NCBI GenBank assembly: GCA_041666485.1
Contig: JBAYGW010000001.1
Coordinates: 15,299 to 79,298 of the forward strand
Direction: 5' to 3'
DNA from: Patescibacteria group bacterium
GTDB lineage: Bacteria > Patescibacteriota > Patescibacteriia > UM-FILTER-42-10
DNA: 64,000 nt
The translations under genes and the position numbers were made by a program. The number at the start of each line of letters is the position of its first letter. Position 1 is the first letter of the stretch. Below are positions 9,393-19,908 of this stretch, piece after piece. The notes under the pieces were generated by a model. It searched no databases. It had not been told where the DNA came from and saw nothing but the letters and a program-made list of their open reading frames with translations.

Positions 9393-9977
9393 TTAAAGAT
9401 ACTTGATTATTTCTTCAATATTTTTTCTCCGGTTGTCAATTTGATAATACTCATCCTTGCTAAGATCCATTAAGTATTTTTTATACGTATCTTCAATGAA
9501 TAGCGCGCGATATGGAAATCCTGGTGGGAAGTATTTATGCGCTTTATCGGTAAGTTCGCCATGAATAGCATGGTGCACAGTGTGTATTTGATCCGGAGAT
9601 TTTACTAAACAGGTAACGGAAGTAAAATGCGCCGATCTTTGTTTTGGTGGAATATCCTGAATCTTTTCTTTTAATAATCTAAGCGCTTCTTCATCTGACA
9701 TGTGGTATCCTAACCAGCGCCTGGATTTTATACCCGGCTCGCCGTTAAGATAATCAATCTCCAGACCGGAATCTTCCGCAATGGTGGGGATTTTAGCAAT
9801 TTGATAATAATAGACAGCCTTGCCCTGCGCGTTTTCAGTAAATGTCTGTCCGTTCTCTTCAAATGAGTCTTTAATATTCATGCTTTCTAAAGTTTCCACA
9901 TCAATGCCAAAATCATTGAGCAACTTTGTATATGCTTCAATTTTTGCGGGATTACCTGTTGCGATTAGTACCTTCAT
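9393..9977 (-). CDS. rdgB: Non-canonical purine NTP pyrophosphatase (RdgB/Ham1 family)
   Basis: MKVLIATGNPAKIEAY.., FTENAQGKA, and a C-terminal Ham1 signature. Confidence 0.85.
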   Translation of the reverse strand: MKVLIATGNPAKIEAYTKLLNDFGIDVETLESMNIKDSFEENGQTFTENAQGKAVYYYQIAKIPTIAEDSGLEIDYLNGEPGIKSRRWLGYHMSDEEALRLLKEKIQDIPPKQRSAHFTSVTCLVKSPDQIHTVHHAIHGELTDKAHKYFPPGFPYRALFIEDTYKKYLMDLSKDEYYQIDNRRKNIEEIIKYL

Positions 9978-9979
9978 AT

Positions 9980-10531
9980 TTATAATTCTAATTTATCATT
10001 AATATTTTTCATTGCTTCCAGCGACAACCCGGCGAATTCTTCCAGTGTCAAACCGATCTCGCTGCACCTGCTGATTGTTTCACGGTTTGCTCCTCTGGCA
10101 AATGATTTCTCCTTAAAACGGTTCAGGATATTATCAACTGTTAAAGATTTCAACTTTTTTTCCGGGATGACTAATGCAGAAGCCACTATTAGTCCGGTTA
10201 TCGGGTCGGTGCAAAATAATGATTTAGCTATGAGTGATCCTCTCGGTATACCGTGTATTGCATTGTGGGTAATTACTGCATCTACGATTTCTGGTTCCAT
10301 GCCGATTTCTCTAAGCATTTTACCTCCTACCAGCGAATGTTTTTTTTCATCATCTTTTGTTGTTTCGTAGTCAATATCGTGCAGCAAACCGGCAAGCGCC
10401 CATTTTTTCTCATCCTCTCCGAAACGCTGTGCTAGTTTTTTCATAACAGCTTCAACAGCCAGGGAATGTTTGATCAAATTTTTGCTTTGGATATTTTTTT
10501 CCAAAAAGACTATGGCGTCTTGTCTGTCCAT
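9980..10531 (-). CDS. HD-domain phosphohydrolase
   Basis: HSLAVEAVMKKLA..AGLLHDIDYE (H..HD metal-binding motif). Confidence 0.75.
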   Translation of the reverse strand: MDRQDAIVFLEKNIQSKNLIKHSLAVEAVMKKLAQRFGEDEKKWALAGLLHDIDYETTKDDEKKHSLVGGKMLREIGMEPEIVDAVITHNAIHGIPRGSLIAKSLFCTDPITGLIVASALVIPEKKLKSLTVDNILNRFKEKSFARGANRETISRCSEIGLTLEEFAGLSLEAMKNINDKLEL

Positions 10532-10532
10532 T

Positions 10533-12005
10533 TTATTCCGGTTTTAATGTCGGGAACAGAATTACTTCTTTTACGCTATGGGTGTTCGTTATTACATTAA
10601 CCAGTCGGTCAATTCCCATGCCGAAACCTGCAGTTGGAGGCATTCCGTATTTCAAGGCTTCCACAAATTCCTCATCTTTTTTCATTGCCTCCTCATCACC
10701 CTTCTTCGTTAGTTGTGATTGGTGTTTAAATCTTTCCTCCTGTTCAACCGGATCGTTTAATTCACTGTAAGCATTGCATAATTCAATTGTACCGCCGACC
10801 ACAATCTGAAAACGTTCAACATATTTCGGCCTGCCTGGTATCTGCTTAGCCAACGGTGACAGCTCAATTGGATGATTAATGATAAATGTTGGATTAATAA
10901 ATGTCGGTCGGACAAATTTTTTAAATAATTCATCGGCAATTTTTCCCTTACCCCATTCTTGTTCCACTCTTAATCCCTTCTTCTTTGCAATATCAACTAT
11001 ACTGTTTTCATCATATTCGTCTAAATCCACACCGCAAGCTTTTATCAGCGCTTCACGGTAGTCAACCTTTTTATAGGGAGGGGTAAAATCCAAATCGCAA
11101 TTATTATAGCTAAGTATTGTTGACCCCGTTACTTCTTTTACGAGATTAAATAATAACTGCTCAGTAAATTTCATCAGTTCTTTATAATCTTTATATGCCC
11201 AATAGAATTCTATTTGGGTAAACTCCGGGTTATGAGAGTAATCTATACCTTCATTTCTGAAACAGCGCGCAATTTCAAATACCTTCTCAAATCCACCGAC
11301 AATTAATTCTTTCAAATATATTTCAGGGGCAATTCTTAAAAACAGATCCGTATTCAAAGCGTTATGGTGTGTTTTGAAAGGCTTGGCGATGGCGCCGGAT
11401 GCTACTTGCTGCAAAATTGGTGTATCAACCTCAATAAATCCTTCATCTGTGAAATAGTTTCTGATGAATTGTACTACCCTACTTCTGGTAATAAATATTT
11501 TCTTTACTTCTTCGTTGGAAAGTAAATCCAAGTATCTCTTCCGATACCTCGTTTCAATATCCTTTAAACCGTGCCATTTTTCAGGCAGAGGCATCAATGC
11601 TTTTGAAATTAACAGGAACCCGGAAACCAGAATTGTGTTCTCGCCTTTTTTGGTAATAAACGATGTCCCGGTTACCTCAATAAAATCACCAACATCAATA
11701 TTGTTTCCGAAAAAAGTATATACATCGTCGCCGACAATATCTTTTTTAAAGTATAGTTGAATTTTTTCTGATTCATCCTCAAGGTGGGCAAAGGTTGAAC
11801 CGCCGTGCTTACGAATACTTCTTAGCCTGCCGACAATTTTAAGTTCCAGTTTTGATTCTTCAAAGTTCTTAAAATCTGCAAGGATCTCCTTAATTGTATG
11901 CGACCTGTGAACTGTTGACGGGTATGGGGAGTCAATTACTGATCGGATATTATCAAGTTTTTGTTTTCTGGTCGTTTCCTCGTCCAGGTAATCAATATTC
12001 TCCAT
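10533..12005 (-). CDS. lysS: Lysyl-tRNA synthetase (class II)
   Basis: An OB anticodon-binding N-terminus and the class II motifs FRNEGIDYSHNPEFTQIEFY and GFGMGIDRLVNVIT. Confidence 0.9.
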   Translation of the reverse strand: MENIDYLDEETTRKQKLDNIRSVIDSPYPSTVHRSHTIKEILADFKNFEESKLELKIVGRLRSIRKHGGSTFAHLEDESEKIQLYFKKDIVGDDVYTFFGNNIDVGDFIEVTGTSFITKKGENTILVSGFLLISKALMPLPEKWHGLKDIETRYRKRYLDLLSNEEVKKIFITRSRVVQFIRNYFTDEGFIEVDTPILQQVASGAIAKPFKTHHNALNTDLFLRIAPEIYLKELIVGGFEKVFEIARCFRNEGIDYSHNPEFTQIEFYWAYKDYKELMKFTEQLLFNLVKEVTGSTILSYNNCDLDFTPPYKKVDYREALIKACGVDLDEYDENSIVDIAKKKGLRVEQEWGKGKIADELFKKFVRPTFINPTFIINHPIELSPLAKQIPGRPKYVERFQIVVGGTIELCNAYSELNDPVEQEERFKHQSQLTKKGDEEAMKKDEEFVEALKYGMPPTAGFGMGIDRLVNVITNTHSVKEVILFPTLKPE

Positions 12006-12074
12006 TGAAGTATTGTATTTAGTTAGATTAATTGTCCAAAGTATTATAACATTGTCCTACTGTTTTTTCAAATA

Positions 12075-12100
12075 AAAAACCCCACAAATGTGGGGTTTTA
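12075..12100 (-). terminator. Rho-independent terminator downstream of greA
   Basis: AAAACCCCACA-AA-TGTGGGGTTTT is a perfect 7-bp GC-rich stem. The minus strand then reads a U-run (complement of ttttttcaaataaaaaa). Confidence 0.6.
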
Positions 12101-12112
12101 GCATATGTTTAA

Positions 12113-12577
12113 TTAATCAATCTCAATAATCCTGAATTGCTTGAATCCTTGCGGAATTTTTACTTCTACAATATCACCAACTTTTTTACCTAAAAATGCC
12201 TTACCTATCGGCGATTCATTGGAAATCCTTCCGTTAGACGGATCCGCCTCATTAGAACCGACAATGGTATACACTGATTCTAAGTTATCGGAAGAAATTT
12301 TTATTTTTGATCCGACAACTACTGAATCAGAAAGTTTACCTGATTCAATTACCTGGCAGTTTTTGATTACGTGTTCCAGTTCAATAATTTTTCCTTCGGC
12401 AAACGCCTGCTCTTCTTTTGCTTCTGTGTATTCGGCATTCTCTGATAGATCACCAAGTTCTTTTGCTTCACGAATCCGCTCCGCAATTTGCTTTCGCTTA
12501 GTCGTCTTTAAAGTCTGCAGCTCTAGTTTTAATCTCTCAAGACCCTCTTTGGTAATAAATGTATTATTGTCTTCCAT
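12113..12577 (-). CDS. greA: Transcription elongation factor GreA
   Basis: An N-terminal coiled-coil domain followed by a C-terminal FKBP-like domain (GKKVGDIVEVKIPQG). Confidence 0.9.
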   Translation of the reverse strand: MEDNNTFITKEGLERLKLELQTLKTTKRKQIAERIREAKELGDLSENAEYTEAKEEQAFAEGKIIELEHVIKNCQVIESGKLSDSVVVGSKIKISSDNLESVYTIVGSNEADPSNGRISNESPIGKAFLGKKVGDIVEVKIPQGFKQFRIIEID

Positions 12578-12668
12578 TTTGTTGCTAAAACCGATTAAAT
12601 TAACCTATTTTTTTAAAGGTAGTGTTAAAGATACGCAATATAATTAAGTTTGTCAAGTAAAATATTAT

Positions 12669-14594
12669 CTATTTTGAAAAGTACCAGTTTAATGCGTCGC
12701 GAGCAACGGGAAGCGCAACTGAACTGCCCTCGCCACCCTCTTCAATTAGCACCGCAACAACTATTTCCGGAGTATCATAAGGTGCAAAGCCGACAAACCA
12801 AGCGTGTGTTTTACCGCTAGAACCAAACTCTGCTGTTCCGGTTTTTCCGGCAGCGGCAACTGGTAAGCTCTGTAGGCCCGCCGCGCTTCCACTGGTTACA
12901 GCCTGTCTTAGACCCTCCCTGACAATTTTCAAATATGCTGAATCAATAAAGTCCTTCCTAATGACCGTCGGCTGGATTTTTGATGATACGTTTGAATTGC
13001 TGGCATTAATGTATTGAACTAAAAATGGTTTGTACAGTGTGCCGCCATTTGCGATGGCAGCAATGTAATTTGCCACCTGTAGCGGAGTAACCAAAATATC
13101 ACCCTGGCCGATAGCTAAGTGATAGGTGTCACCGAGGTACCAGCGTTCACCTTTTGTTTCTAGCTTCCACTGTTCTGTGGGAAGAAATCCTGTAGATTCG
13201 CCCGGCAAATCAATATTAGTCTTTTCACTGACACCGAACAGACTGGCATATTTTACAATCCGTTCAAGTCCTAATCCTTCCATTTCGTCATTACCACCGC
13301 CAACTAAGTAAAAAAATGTATTAACTGATTCAGCTAGGGCTTTTCTGACATCTGTTATACCGTGTCCGCCGGCCTTCCAATCCGGAAAGAATTGAGGCCC
13401 GGCTTTTATTCCACCGGTGCTGACTACTGTTGTACTACCGGTGATTATGCCTTCCTGCAGTGCGGCCGCTGCGATTACAGGCTTGATTGTGGAGCCGGAA
13501 GGATATTGACCGGTAATACTTCTCATAAATAAAGGTCGCGACGGATCATTCAGTAAATCGCTAAATTGTCCCGGCTGTAAGCCTTTGGCAAAATCATTGG
13601 CGTCATAACTTGGTACGTTTACCAGCGCCAATACCTCGCCGGTACGGGGATCAAGCGCAACCGCAGATCCGCCCGGGGCGCCGATGCGTTCTAACACGCC
13701 GTTTATGCTGTCATAAAGCACCTTCTGCAATCCGATATCAATAGTCAGTGTGAGATTTGAGCCTGACTCGGGTTCCTGGCTGGCGACCACTTTTTTCTCC
13801 TTGCCGAGCGAATCAACTTCAATTCTTTTTTTGCCGTCCTTGCCTTTCAATAATTTTTCGTAATATAATTCCAGTCCGGTTTTTCCTACATAATCATTCA
13901 TTAAATATTCCCCATTCTCGGAATTTGCATACTCCGCCTCGGATATTTTTCCGGTATACCCGATAGTATGCGCGGCAATTACCGGATTCGTGTATTCTCT
14001 GCTGTCGCGTATGGCAATCACGACACCCGCCATTGATTTACTCTCAATTTGTAATAGCAGTGCTTTGGCATAATCAATGTGTTCTTGAATCACCACCGGT
14101 TCGTATGAAACACTTGGTGACTTTGTAACAAGTGCCCTAATATCATCTGCCGGCACTTCAAGAATTCTGGCGATTAAATCATATATTTTTTGCTGTTCCT
14201 TTTCATCGTCAGGAAAGTCAGCGGGTATGATATTCAATGAAAAGTTTGCCACATTTCTGACCAATAATTCACCGTTACGATCATACATTACTCCCCTTCT
14301 AGCTTTGATTGTTTCTATACGAATTCTATTTCCATCCGAAATATCACGATAGTAAGCGCCTCTGAACATTTGGAACCAGATGCTTCTAAATAATAGAATT
14401 GCGATGCCAAGCAACAGAACCAAAAAGAATGCCCGGAGTTTTGACAATTCAACGGATACTTTTAATGCTGTTGAGCTAAATTTTGAATCCGGTAAATCAT
14501 TTCCCAAACTGAAGTTACGGCTGTAGTTTCCAACATGCCCGTCTTTAATGTTTTCAGAGCTACCATAGATATCAAATGGGTTAAAACGTTTCAT
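12669..14594 (-). CDS. mrdA: Penicillin-binding protein 2 (class B transpeptidase, elongasome)
   Basis: SxxK (STIKP), SxN (SVN) and KTG(T) motifs. It lies directly downstream of mreBCD. Confidence 0.85.
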   Translation of the reverse strand: MKRFNPFDIYGSSENIKDGHVGNYSRNFSLGNDLPDSKFSSTALKVSVELSKLRAFFLVLLLGIAILLFRSIWFQMFRGAYYRDISDGNRIRIETIKARRGVMYDRNGELLVRNVANFSLNIIPADFPDDEKEQQKIYDLIARILEVPADDIRALVTKSPSVSYEPVVIQEHIDYAKALLLQIESKSMAGVVIAIRDSREYTNPVIAAHTIGYTGKISEAEYANSENGEYLMNDYVGKTGLELYYEKLLKGKDGKKRIEVDSLGKEKKVVASQEPESGSNLTLTIDIGLQKVLYDSINGVLERIGAPGGSAVALDPRTGEVLALVNVPSYDANDFAKGLQPGQFSDLLNDPSRPLFMRSITGQYPSGSTIKPVIAAAALQEGIITGSTTVVSTGGIKAGPQFFPDWKAGGHGITDVRKALAESVNTFFYLVGGGNDEMEGLGLERIVKYASLFGVSEKTNIDLPGESTGFLPTEQWKLETKGERWYLGDTYHLAIGQGDILVTPLQVANYIAAIANGGTLYKPFLVQYINASNSNVSSKIQPTVIRKDFIDSAYLKIVREGLRQAVTSGSAAGLQSLPVAAAGKTGTAEFGSSGKTHAWFVGFAPYDTPEIVVAVLIEEGGEGSSVALPVARDALNWYFSK

Positions 14595-14595
14595 A

Positions 14596-15123
14596 CTATT
14601 TTCTTACTAAAAATTGATTTTGAAAACGTTTAGTCAATGTACGCAGGAGCAGAAATAAAATCAACGCCGATATTCCGTTCACACCTGCCTGCACCAAAAT
14701 TCCCGACCAGAGATGAGGAATCTGGTAAATTGTAATCGTCAAACTGTTTGTGTAATAGAATAACACTGAAGCGGCAAAAAATAGCAAATTGTAGATAATA
14801 CTTCCCGTAATTGCCATCAAAACAAACGGGAGCAGTGATTTGTTGGTCAGTAAATTTTTTAGTAAATAATACAATACAATAGAAGTAATTATGGTAATTA
14901 CTATAAATGTTCCGAACGGCATTATGGAATAAACCTCATGTAAGGCACCGATTAAAAATGACCACCACAAAAGCGGAATTAATTCCAATCGAAATGCCAG
15001 CAAAGTTAAAAACAGCACTACGACACTAATCGGTGCAATCCCGACAACAAACGGCTCAATAAAACTTATTTGAATTATTAGTACAGCAAAAATTACAATT
15101 GCAATTGAAATATTTTTTGACAT
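14596..15123 (-). CDS. mreD: Rod shape-determining protein MreD (polytopic membrane protein)
   Basis: 175 aa with about 5 TM helices, positioned between mreC and pbp2. Confidence 0.55.
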   Translation of the reverse strand: MSKNISIAIVIFAVLIIQISFIEPFVVGIAPISVVVLFLTLLAFRLELIPLLWWSFLIGALHEVYSIMPFGTFIVITIITSIVLYYLLKNLLTNKSLLPFVLMAITGSIIYNLLFFAASVLFYYTNSLTITIYQIPHLWSGILVQAGVNGISALILFLLLRTLTKRFQNQFLVRK

Positions 15124-15125
15124 TA

Positions 15126-15932
15126 CTAACGGATTATTATTGAAACAATTTGTAATCTGTCTAATGTGACAGGTGGCTGAATTGAAGCGGTCTGGAATAG
15201 TTCTTCAGTTTGATTTGATATTGAACTTACTTGCCCGATCACTAAGCCTTCAGGAATGTTTTCCTCAATGCCGGAACTGACCACTATTTGATCAGTTAAA
15301 ATTTCTTCTGACTGTGGGATCAGCTGCATTTCCAGTGAAAGCCCCAGTTTGCCGACAACCACTCCCGGGCTGTTGGTGCTGTTTTGCACATATGCACCAA
15401 TTGAACTGTTTGAATCAGTAATCAATATCATATTAGAATCATTTTCTGAAGCTTCAACAATTTTCCCGACCAATATCCCTTCCTTATAAACAACCGGCAT
15501 TCCGACTGCGATTCCATCGTTTGTTCCGCGATCAAGGATATATAGCTGGGTACCGGGGTGAGGTGATTTTCCGATTATCTGTGCTGCCTGAAACTCATAG
15601 TTATTAGTCTTCAGGTATTCAACTTCCTGCTGTAACACTTCGCTTTTAGTCATTAATGAATGCAGTCGCGCGTTTTCAATTAAAGCGTTACTGAGCTGAT
15701 TCTGAAGCTCCTGATTGTTCCTGCCTAGCTCAACGGCTGACTTTATGTTCTCAGAAGCAAAAAATCTCAAACCGGCGTTGTAGGTTATTTTCTCTATCGG
15801 ACGCAGTACATAAAAAATTGCATTTTCAACCGGACGCAAAATACCAACAGAGTGCAAAAAAACTAGTAGCACAGTGGCTACCAAAATCAGAAGCAATACG
15901 TTAATCCTTATATTAAAGATCTTCTGTTTCAT
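15126..15932 (-). CDS. mreC: Rod shape-determining protein MreC
   Basis: N-terminal TM, a coiled-coil, a beta-rich C-terminus (GMPVVYKEGILVGKIVEA), and its position after mreB. Confidence 0.75.
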   Translation of the reverse strand: MKQKIFNIRINVLLLILVATVLLVFLHSVGILRPVENAIFYVLRPIEKITYNAGLRFFASENIKSAVELGRNNQELQNQLSNALIENARLHSLMTKSEVLQQEVEYLKTNNYEFQAAQIIGKSPHPGTQLYILDRGTNDGIAVGMPVVYKEGILVGKIVEASENDSNMILITDSNSSIGAYVQNSTNSPGVVVGKLGLSLEMQLIPQSEEILTDQIVVSSGIEENIPEGLVIGQVSSISNQTEELFQTASIQPPVTLDRLQIVSIIIR

Positions 15933-15946
15933 GTATTAATTAAATG

Positions 15947-17002
15947 TTACTTTAAATATGTATCTTCCTGAGTTGAAAGAACAAACAGATCTTTCACTGA
16001 GTCAATATCCTCCAATATTAAGCCAGTACCCCGGACAACAGCGGTTAATGGATCATCAATTATGTGAACAGGAATTCTGACCTCTTCTTGAATCGCTTTA
16101 TCCAAACCCCTGAGCAATGCTCCGCCTCCGGATAAGACAATTCCTCTTTCATAGATATCCGCTACTAATTCCGGCGGAGTCGCTTCAATTGTATTTTTAA
16201 TATTTTCAATAAATAATCTCACGGTTCTGGCCAGAGCTTCCTGCAGTTGAGCGGAATTAATGATTACTTCTTTCGGCAAACCGGTTATTAAATCTCTTCC
16301 GCGCATTTTTGTCTCCCGAATTTCTTTCTCAGGATACGCAGATCCGATTTCAATTTTGATCTGTTCGGCGGTTCTTTCGCCAAGCAATAAATTAAACTTA
16401 TCACGGGCATACTGAATAATATTACTGTCCAGTTCATTACCAGCTACCCGCAATGATTTCCAGGTTACAATACCTCCCAAAGAAATCACGGCAATCTCGG
16501 TGGTGCCGCCGCCGATATCCACAATAAAGTTTCCAGTGGAAGTCTGAATCGGCAACCTGGCTCCTACGGCGGCCGCCATCGGCTCTTCAATCAGAAAAAC
16601 CTGTCTGGCTCCAGCATTCAATGCGGCGTCTTCAACCGCCTTGCGCTCCACTTCCGTAACGCTCATAGGAATCCCGATTACTACCCTTGGTCTTGGAAGG
16701 ATTGAGAACGATTCCCGATGAACCTTTTCAATAAAATGTTTAAGCATTTTTTCTGTTACTTCAAAATCAGAAATTACGCCGTCCGCCAACGGTCTGGTTG
16801 CGACAATATGAGCGGGTGTTTTTCCGATCATGTTTTTTGCGTCATTGCCAACCGCCAGGATCTGGTCCGTTCGGACATTGATCGCAACAATTGAAGGTTC
16901 GTTAATTACTATCCCCTTATCTTTTACATACACCAAAGTATTGGCCGTTCCAAGGTCAATGCCAATATCTTGTGAGAATCTTCCGAATAAAGAATTAAAC
17001 AT
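15947..17002 (-). CDS. mreB: Rod shape-determining protein MreB (actin homolog)
   Basis: DIGIDLGTANTLVYV..., IVDIGGGTTEIAVISLGG, and full actin-fold phosphate and adenosine motifs. Confidence 0.9.
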   Translation of the reverse strand: MFNSLFGRFSQDIGIDLGTANTLVYVKDKGIVINEPSIVAINVRTDQILAVGNDAKNMIGKTPAHIVATRPLADGVISDFEVTEKMLKHFIEKVHRESFSILPRPRVVIGIPMSVTEVERKAVEDAALNAGARQVFLIEEPMAAAVGARLPIQTSTGNFIVDIGGGTTEIAVISLGGIVTWKSLRVAGNELDSNIIQYARDKFNLLLGERTAEQIKIEIGSAYPEKEIRETKMRGRDLITGLPKEVIINSAQLQEALARTVRLFIENIKNTIEATPPELVADIYERGIVLSGGGALLRGLDKAIQEEVRIPVHIIDDPLTAVVRGTGLILEDIDSVKDLFVLSTQEDTYLK

Positions 17003-18224
17003 TTGTTCCTTTAATTATCCCAATTGCTTCGTTTAATTTACACATCTTTGTTTCGCCGGTCTTTCTAATCCTCATTTCCACATCTCCACCGGTCTTTTTG
17101 CTTACGACAATTCTTACAGGAATGCCAATCAAATCAGCATCTTTTAGCTTAGAACCCGCTGTTTCTTTACGGTCATCATATAATACTTCAAGTCCATTTT
17201 TCTGTAAAGAAGCGTAAATAGCGTCCCCCTCCTCATCGTTATTAATGCTGATTAAGTGGATGTCAAATGGAGCGATTTCTTTCGGCCAAATTATACCGTT
17301 TGCATCGTTATTTATCTCCACAACCGTTCCCAGTGCTCTTCCTAAGCCGATACCGTAACAGCCCATGATGATTTCTTTTCTAACTCCATCTTCATCTGTA
17401 TACATTAAGTCAAAAGCTTTTGAAAATTTTGTCTTTAAGGGAAAAATGTTACCGACTTCAATTGACTTTTTTTCCAATAAATCTTTGCTCTTACATTCCG
17501 GACAGGAGTTTTGTTCATTAATAATTTCTTTGTTTACTGCCACCTCGCATTTCGGGCAAAGATATATTAAATCTTCACCGGAGGCAGTCACTGTTTGAAA
17601 TTCATGCGAATATTTGGAAAAGGTACCACCTGATGCAAAAGTGAGATATGTAGATTCTCCGATTCCGATCCGATTGAATATATTCTTGTATGCAATCTTT
17701 GATTTTTCATAATAATCCTCAAAATCCGCTTCATTTTTATGAAAGGAATAAAGATCCTTCATCATAAATTCCCGCCCGCGCAGGATCCCAGATTTTGCCC
17801 GAAGTTCATTTCTAAACTTTGTCTGGATTTGGTAAAGATATATCGGAAGATCTTTATATGAATTAATGTATTGTTTCACCAAAGGCACCACAATCTCTTC
17901 ATGGCTCATGCCCAGAACATATTTTTTACCAGTTGCTGATTCCAGATGAAACAAAATATCAATATTTTCGCGGCCGGTTATTACATAATTTTCATGTGGA
18001 TGCAAAGCCGGCATATATATTTCCTGACCGCCGATTGCATTTATTTCTTCCCTAATAACTTTTTCAATTTTCTTTAGTACACGCAAACCGAGCGGTAGAT
18101 ATGTGTATACTCCCGCCGTCAGTTTGTTAATAAATCCGGCCCGCACTAATAATTGCGCATTAGTGCTTATTTCATCCTTCGGCGCATTTTTGCTTGTTTT
18201 TGGGAATAGAGTTGATTGTTTCAT
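16995..18224 (-). CDS. proS: Prolyl-tRNA synthetase (short form without INS editing domain)
   Basis: The N-terminus LLVRAGFINKLTAGVYTYLPLGLRVLKKIEKVIREEIN parallels ProRS ([29 protein letters not shown]..). Confidence 0.7.
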   Translation of the reverse strand: MKQSTLFPKTSKNAPKDEISTNAQLLVRAGFINKLTAGVYTYLPLGLRVLKKIEKVIREEINAIGGQEIYMPALHPHENYVITGRENIDILFHLESATGKKYVLGMSHEEIVVPLVKQYINSYKDLPIYLYQIQTKFRNELRAKSGILRGREFMMKDLYSFHKNEADFEDYYEKSKIAYKNIFNRIGIGESTYLTFASGGTFSKYSHEFQTVTASGEDLIYLCPKCEVAVNKEIINEQNSCPECKSKDLLEKKSIEVGNIFPLKTKFSKAFDLMYTDEDGVRKEIIMGCYGIGLGRALGTVVEINNDANGIIWPKEIAPFDIHLISINNDEEGDAIYASLQKNGLEVLYDDRKETAGSKLKDADLIGIPVRIVVSKKTGGDVEMRIRKTGETKMCKLNEAIGIIKGTNV

Positions 18225-18226
18225 GT

Positions 18227-19336
18227 TTATCCGGTTAAATTTTTCATAAATCCGAAAATACTGTCCTTGAAACGGGATATATCTCTGATACTTACCAGTA
18301 TAACCAGTCCAATTAGAATAAAGAAGCCGGCTGTATGGATCATTGATTCCAGTTTTTGTGATACCGGTTTGCGCCGGATCTTTTCAATTAGAAGAAACAG
18401 TACCCTTCCCCCATCCAGTGCAGGAAACGGTAAAAAGTTTAAAATCATAAGGTTAATGGAAAGTAGGGCGGTGAACTGAAGCAGATAGATGAAGCCCAGT
18501 TTCGCCACTCTTGAAGTCATCACGGCAATGCCAATCGGACCGGAAATATCCGCCGGTACCGTTTGTTTGACTATTAGATTCTTCAATAACTCGTAGAATG
18601 CCACCAATATTTGCCAGGCAACAGAAAAAGACGCCTTTATACCCTCAAAAATTGCCCCATACCAAGGATATGACACGATCGCTGTTTCTACGAGGCCGGT
18701 GCCCATTTTACCGATGCCAGACTGATCAATATCCTTTAGAATAATCTCGGATGTGATAGTTTCATTGCCACGTGACAGTTCAACGCTGATTGTTTGATCC
18801 AGTTTCGGTGAGGTATATGCAATTAAACCTTCAACGCTATCAAACTTTTTTCCATCAATTGACAGAATATTATCCCCTACCTGCAGACCGGCATTGAACG
18901 CCGGTGATTCTTCCAAGACAGACAAAACTTGGATCTTTTCATCGCGAATACGGTCCATGGGCAAATCGTCATTTACAACTGAAGGCAGACCGATAAAAAA
19001 ACCGATACTCAACAAAATAACTGCCAGTACAAAGTTCATAAATACTCCGCTGGAAAGTATCACCGCTCTCTTCCATATTTTCAGGTGAGCAAAACTGTCT
19101 TTATCTTCCTGATGATCACCTGACTCGCCTTTTATTTTTACAAAACCACCAAATGGAATCCAGTTGATTGAATATATTGTTCCTTTTCGCTTAATGCCGA
19201 AAATTCTCGGTGGGAATCCAAAACCAAATTCTTCAACTGCGGCGCCAAGTTTTTTTGCCGCGAAAAAATGTCCTGCTTCGTGCACGAATATTATCAAGCC
19301 AAGTACTACGACTAAAATAAGAATGGTAATTATCAT
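18227..19336 (-). CDS. rseP: RIP site-2 zinc metalloprotease RseP
   Basis: HEAGHFFAAKKLG (HExxH) in TM1, an internal PDZ domain, and the LDG motif (FPALDGGRVLF). Confidence 0.85.
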   Translation of the reverse strand: MIITILILVVVLGLIIFVHEAGHFFAAKKLGAAVEEFGFGFPPRIFGIKRKGTIYSINWIPFGGFVKIKGESGDHQEDKDSFAHLKIWKRAVILSSGVFMNFVLAVILLSIGFFIGLPSVVNDDLPMDRIRDEKIQVLSVLEESPAFNAGLQVGDNILSIDGKKFDSVEGLIAYTSPKLDQTISVELSRGNETITSEIILKDIDQSGIGKMGTGLVETAIVSYPWYGAIFEGIKASFSVAWQILVAFYELLKNLIVKQTVPADISGPIGIAVMTSRVAKLGFIYLLQFTALLSINLMILNFLPFPALDGGRVLFLLIEKIRRKPVSQKLESMIHTAGFFILIGLVILVSIRDISRFKDSIFGFMKNLTG

Positions 19337-19339
19337 AAT

Positions 19340-19891
19340 TTATACGGTCATTATTTCTTTTTCTTTTTTTTCAGCGATCTCTCTTATTTTTTCTATAGCT
19401 GAATCAGTCTCTTGCTGTAATGTTTTTTGTGCTGCAAACATTTCATCTTCGGATATCGCCTTATCTTTTTCCAAAGCTCTTAATTCCTTAATTGCTGATT
19501 CTCGGGCGGCACGTACTGCAATTCTGGCATCTTCAACTTTGGAATTGATTAATTTTACCAGCTCAAGTCTTTTTTCCTCAGTGAGTGTTGGTATGCTGAT
19601 ACGGATCTGCTGGCCTTCATTTACCGGTGACAAACCAATTTCAGAAGCATAAATTGCATTTTCAATGGCTTTTAAGACTGACTTGTCCCAAGGCTGGATG
19701 AGCAACGATCCTTGATCCGGCGCAGTGATTGTTGCTAACTGTAGTAACGGCTGTTTAGCGCCATAGCATTCTACTGATACATTTTCAATCAGATTTGGCG
19801 TAGCTCTGCCAGATCTTATTTTGGAAAGCTCAAATTTAAGGTGCTCAATCGCTTTTTCGGAGTCTGTTTTAAAATTATTGATTTGGTCCAT
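19340..19891 (-). CDS. frr: Ribosome recycling factor
   Basis: Full-length RRF pattern (ELSKIRSGRATPNLIENVSVECYG...). Confidence 0.9.
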   Translation of the reverse strand: MDQINNFKTDSEKAIEHLKFELSKIRSGRATPNLIENVSVECYGAKQPLLQLATITAPDQGSLLIQPWDKSVLKAIENAIYASEIGLSPVNEGQQIRISIPTLTEEKRLELVKLINSKVEDARIAVRAARESAIKELRALEKDKAISEDEMFAAQKTLQQETDSAIEKIREIAEKKEKEIMTV

Positions 19892-19908
19892 GCTAAGCTT
19901 ATTAATAA

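Noticed and set aside
12578-12668. Possible greA promoter (TTGACA-17-TATCTT on the minus strand)
   Set aside because: The -10 matches only 4/6. In an AT-rich genome this is within chance expectation, so it is not reported as a feature.
19164-19652. 162-aa plus-strand ORF spanning the rseP/frr junction
   Set aside because: It is antisense to two well-supported genes. Its composition is low-complexity (Ser/Ile-rich) and it has no family resemblance.
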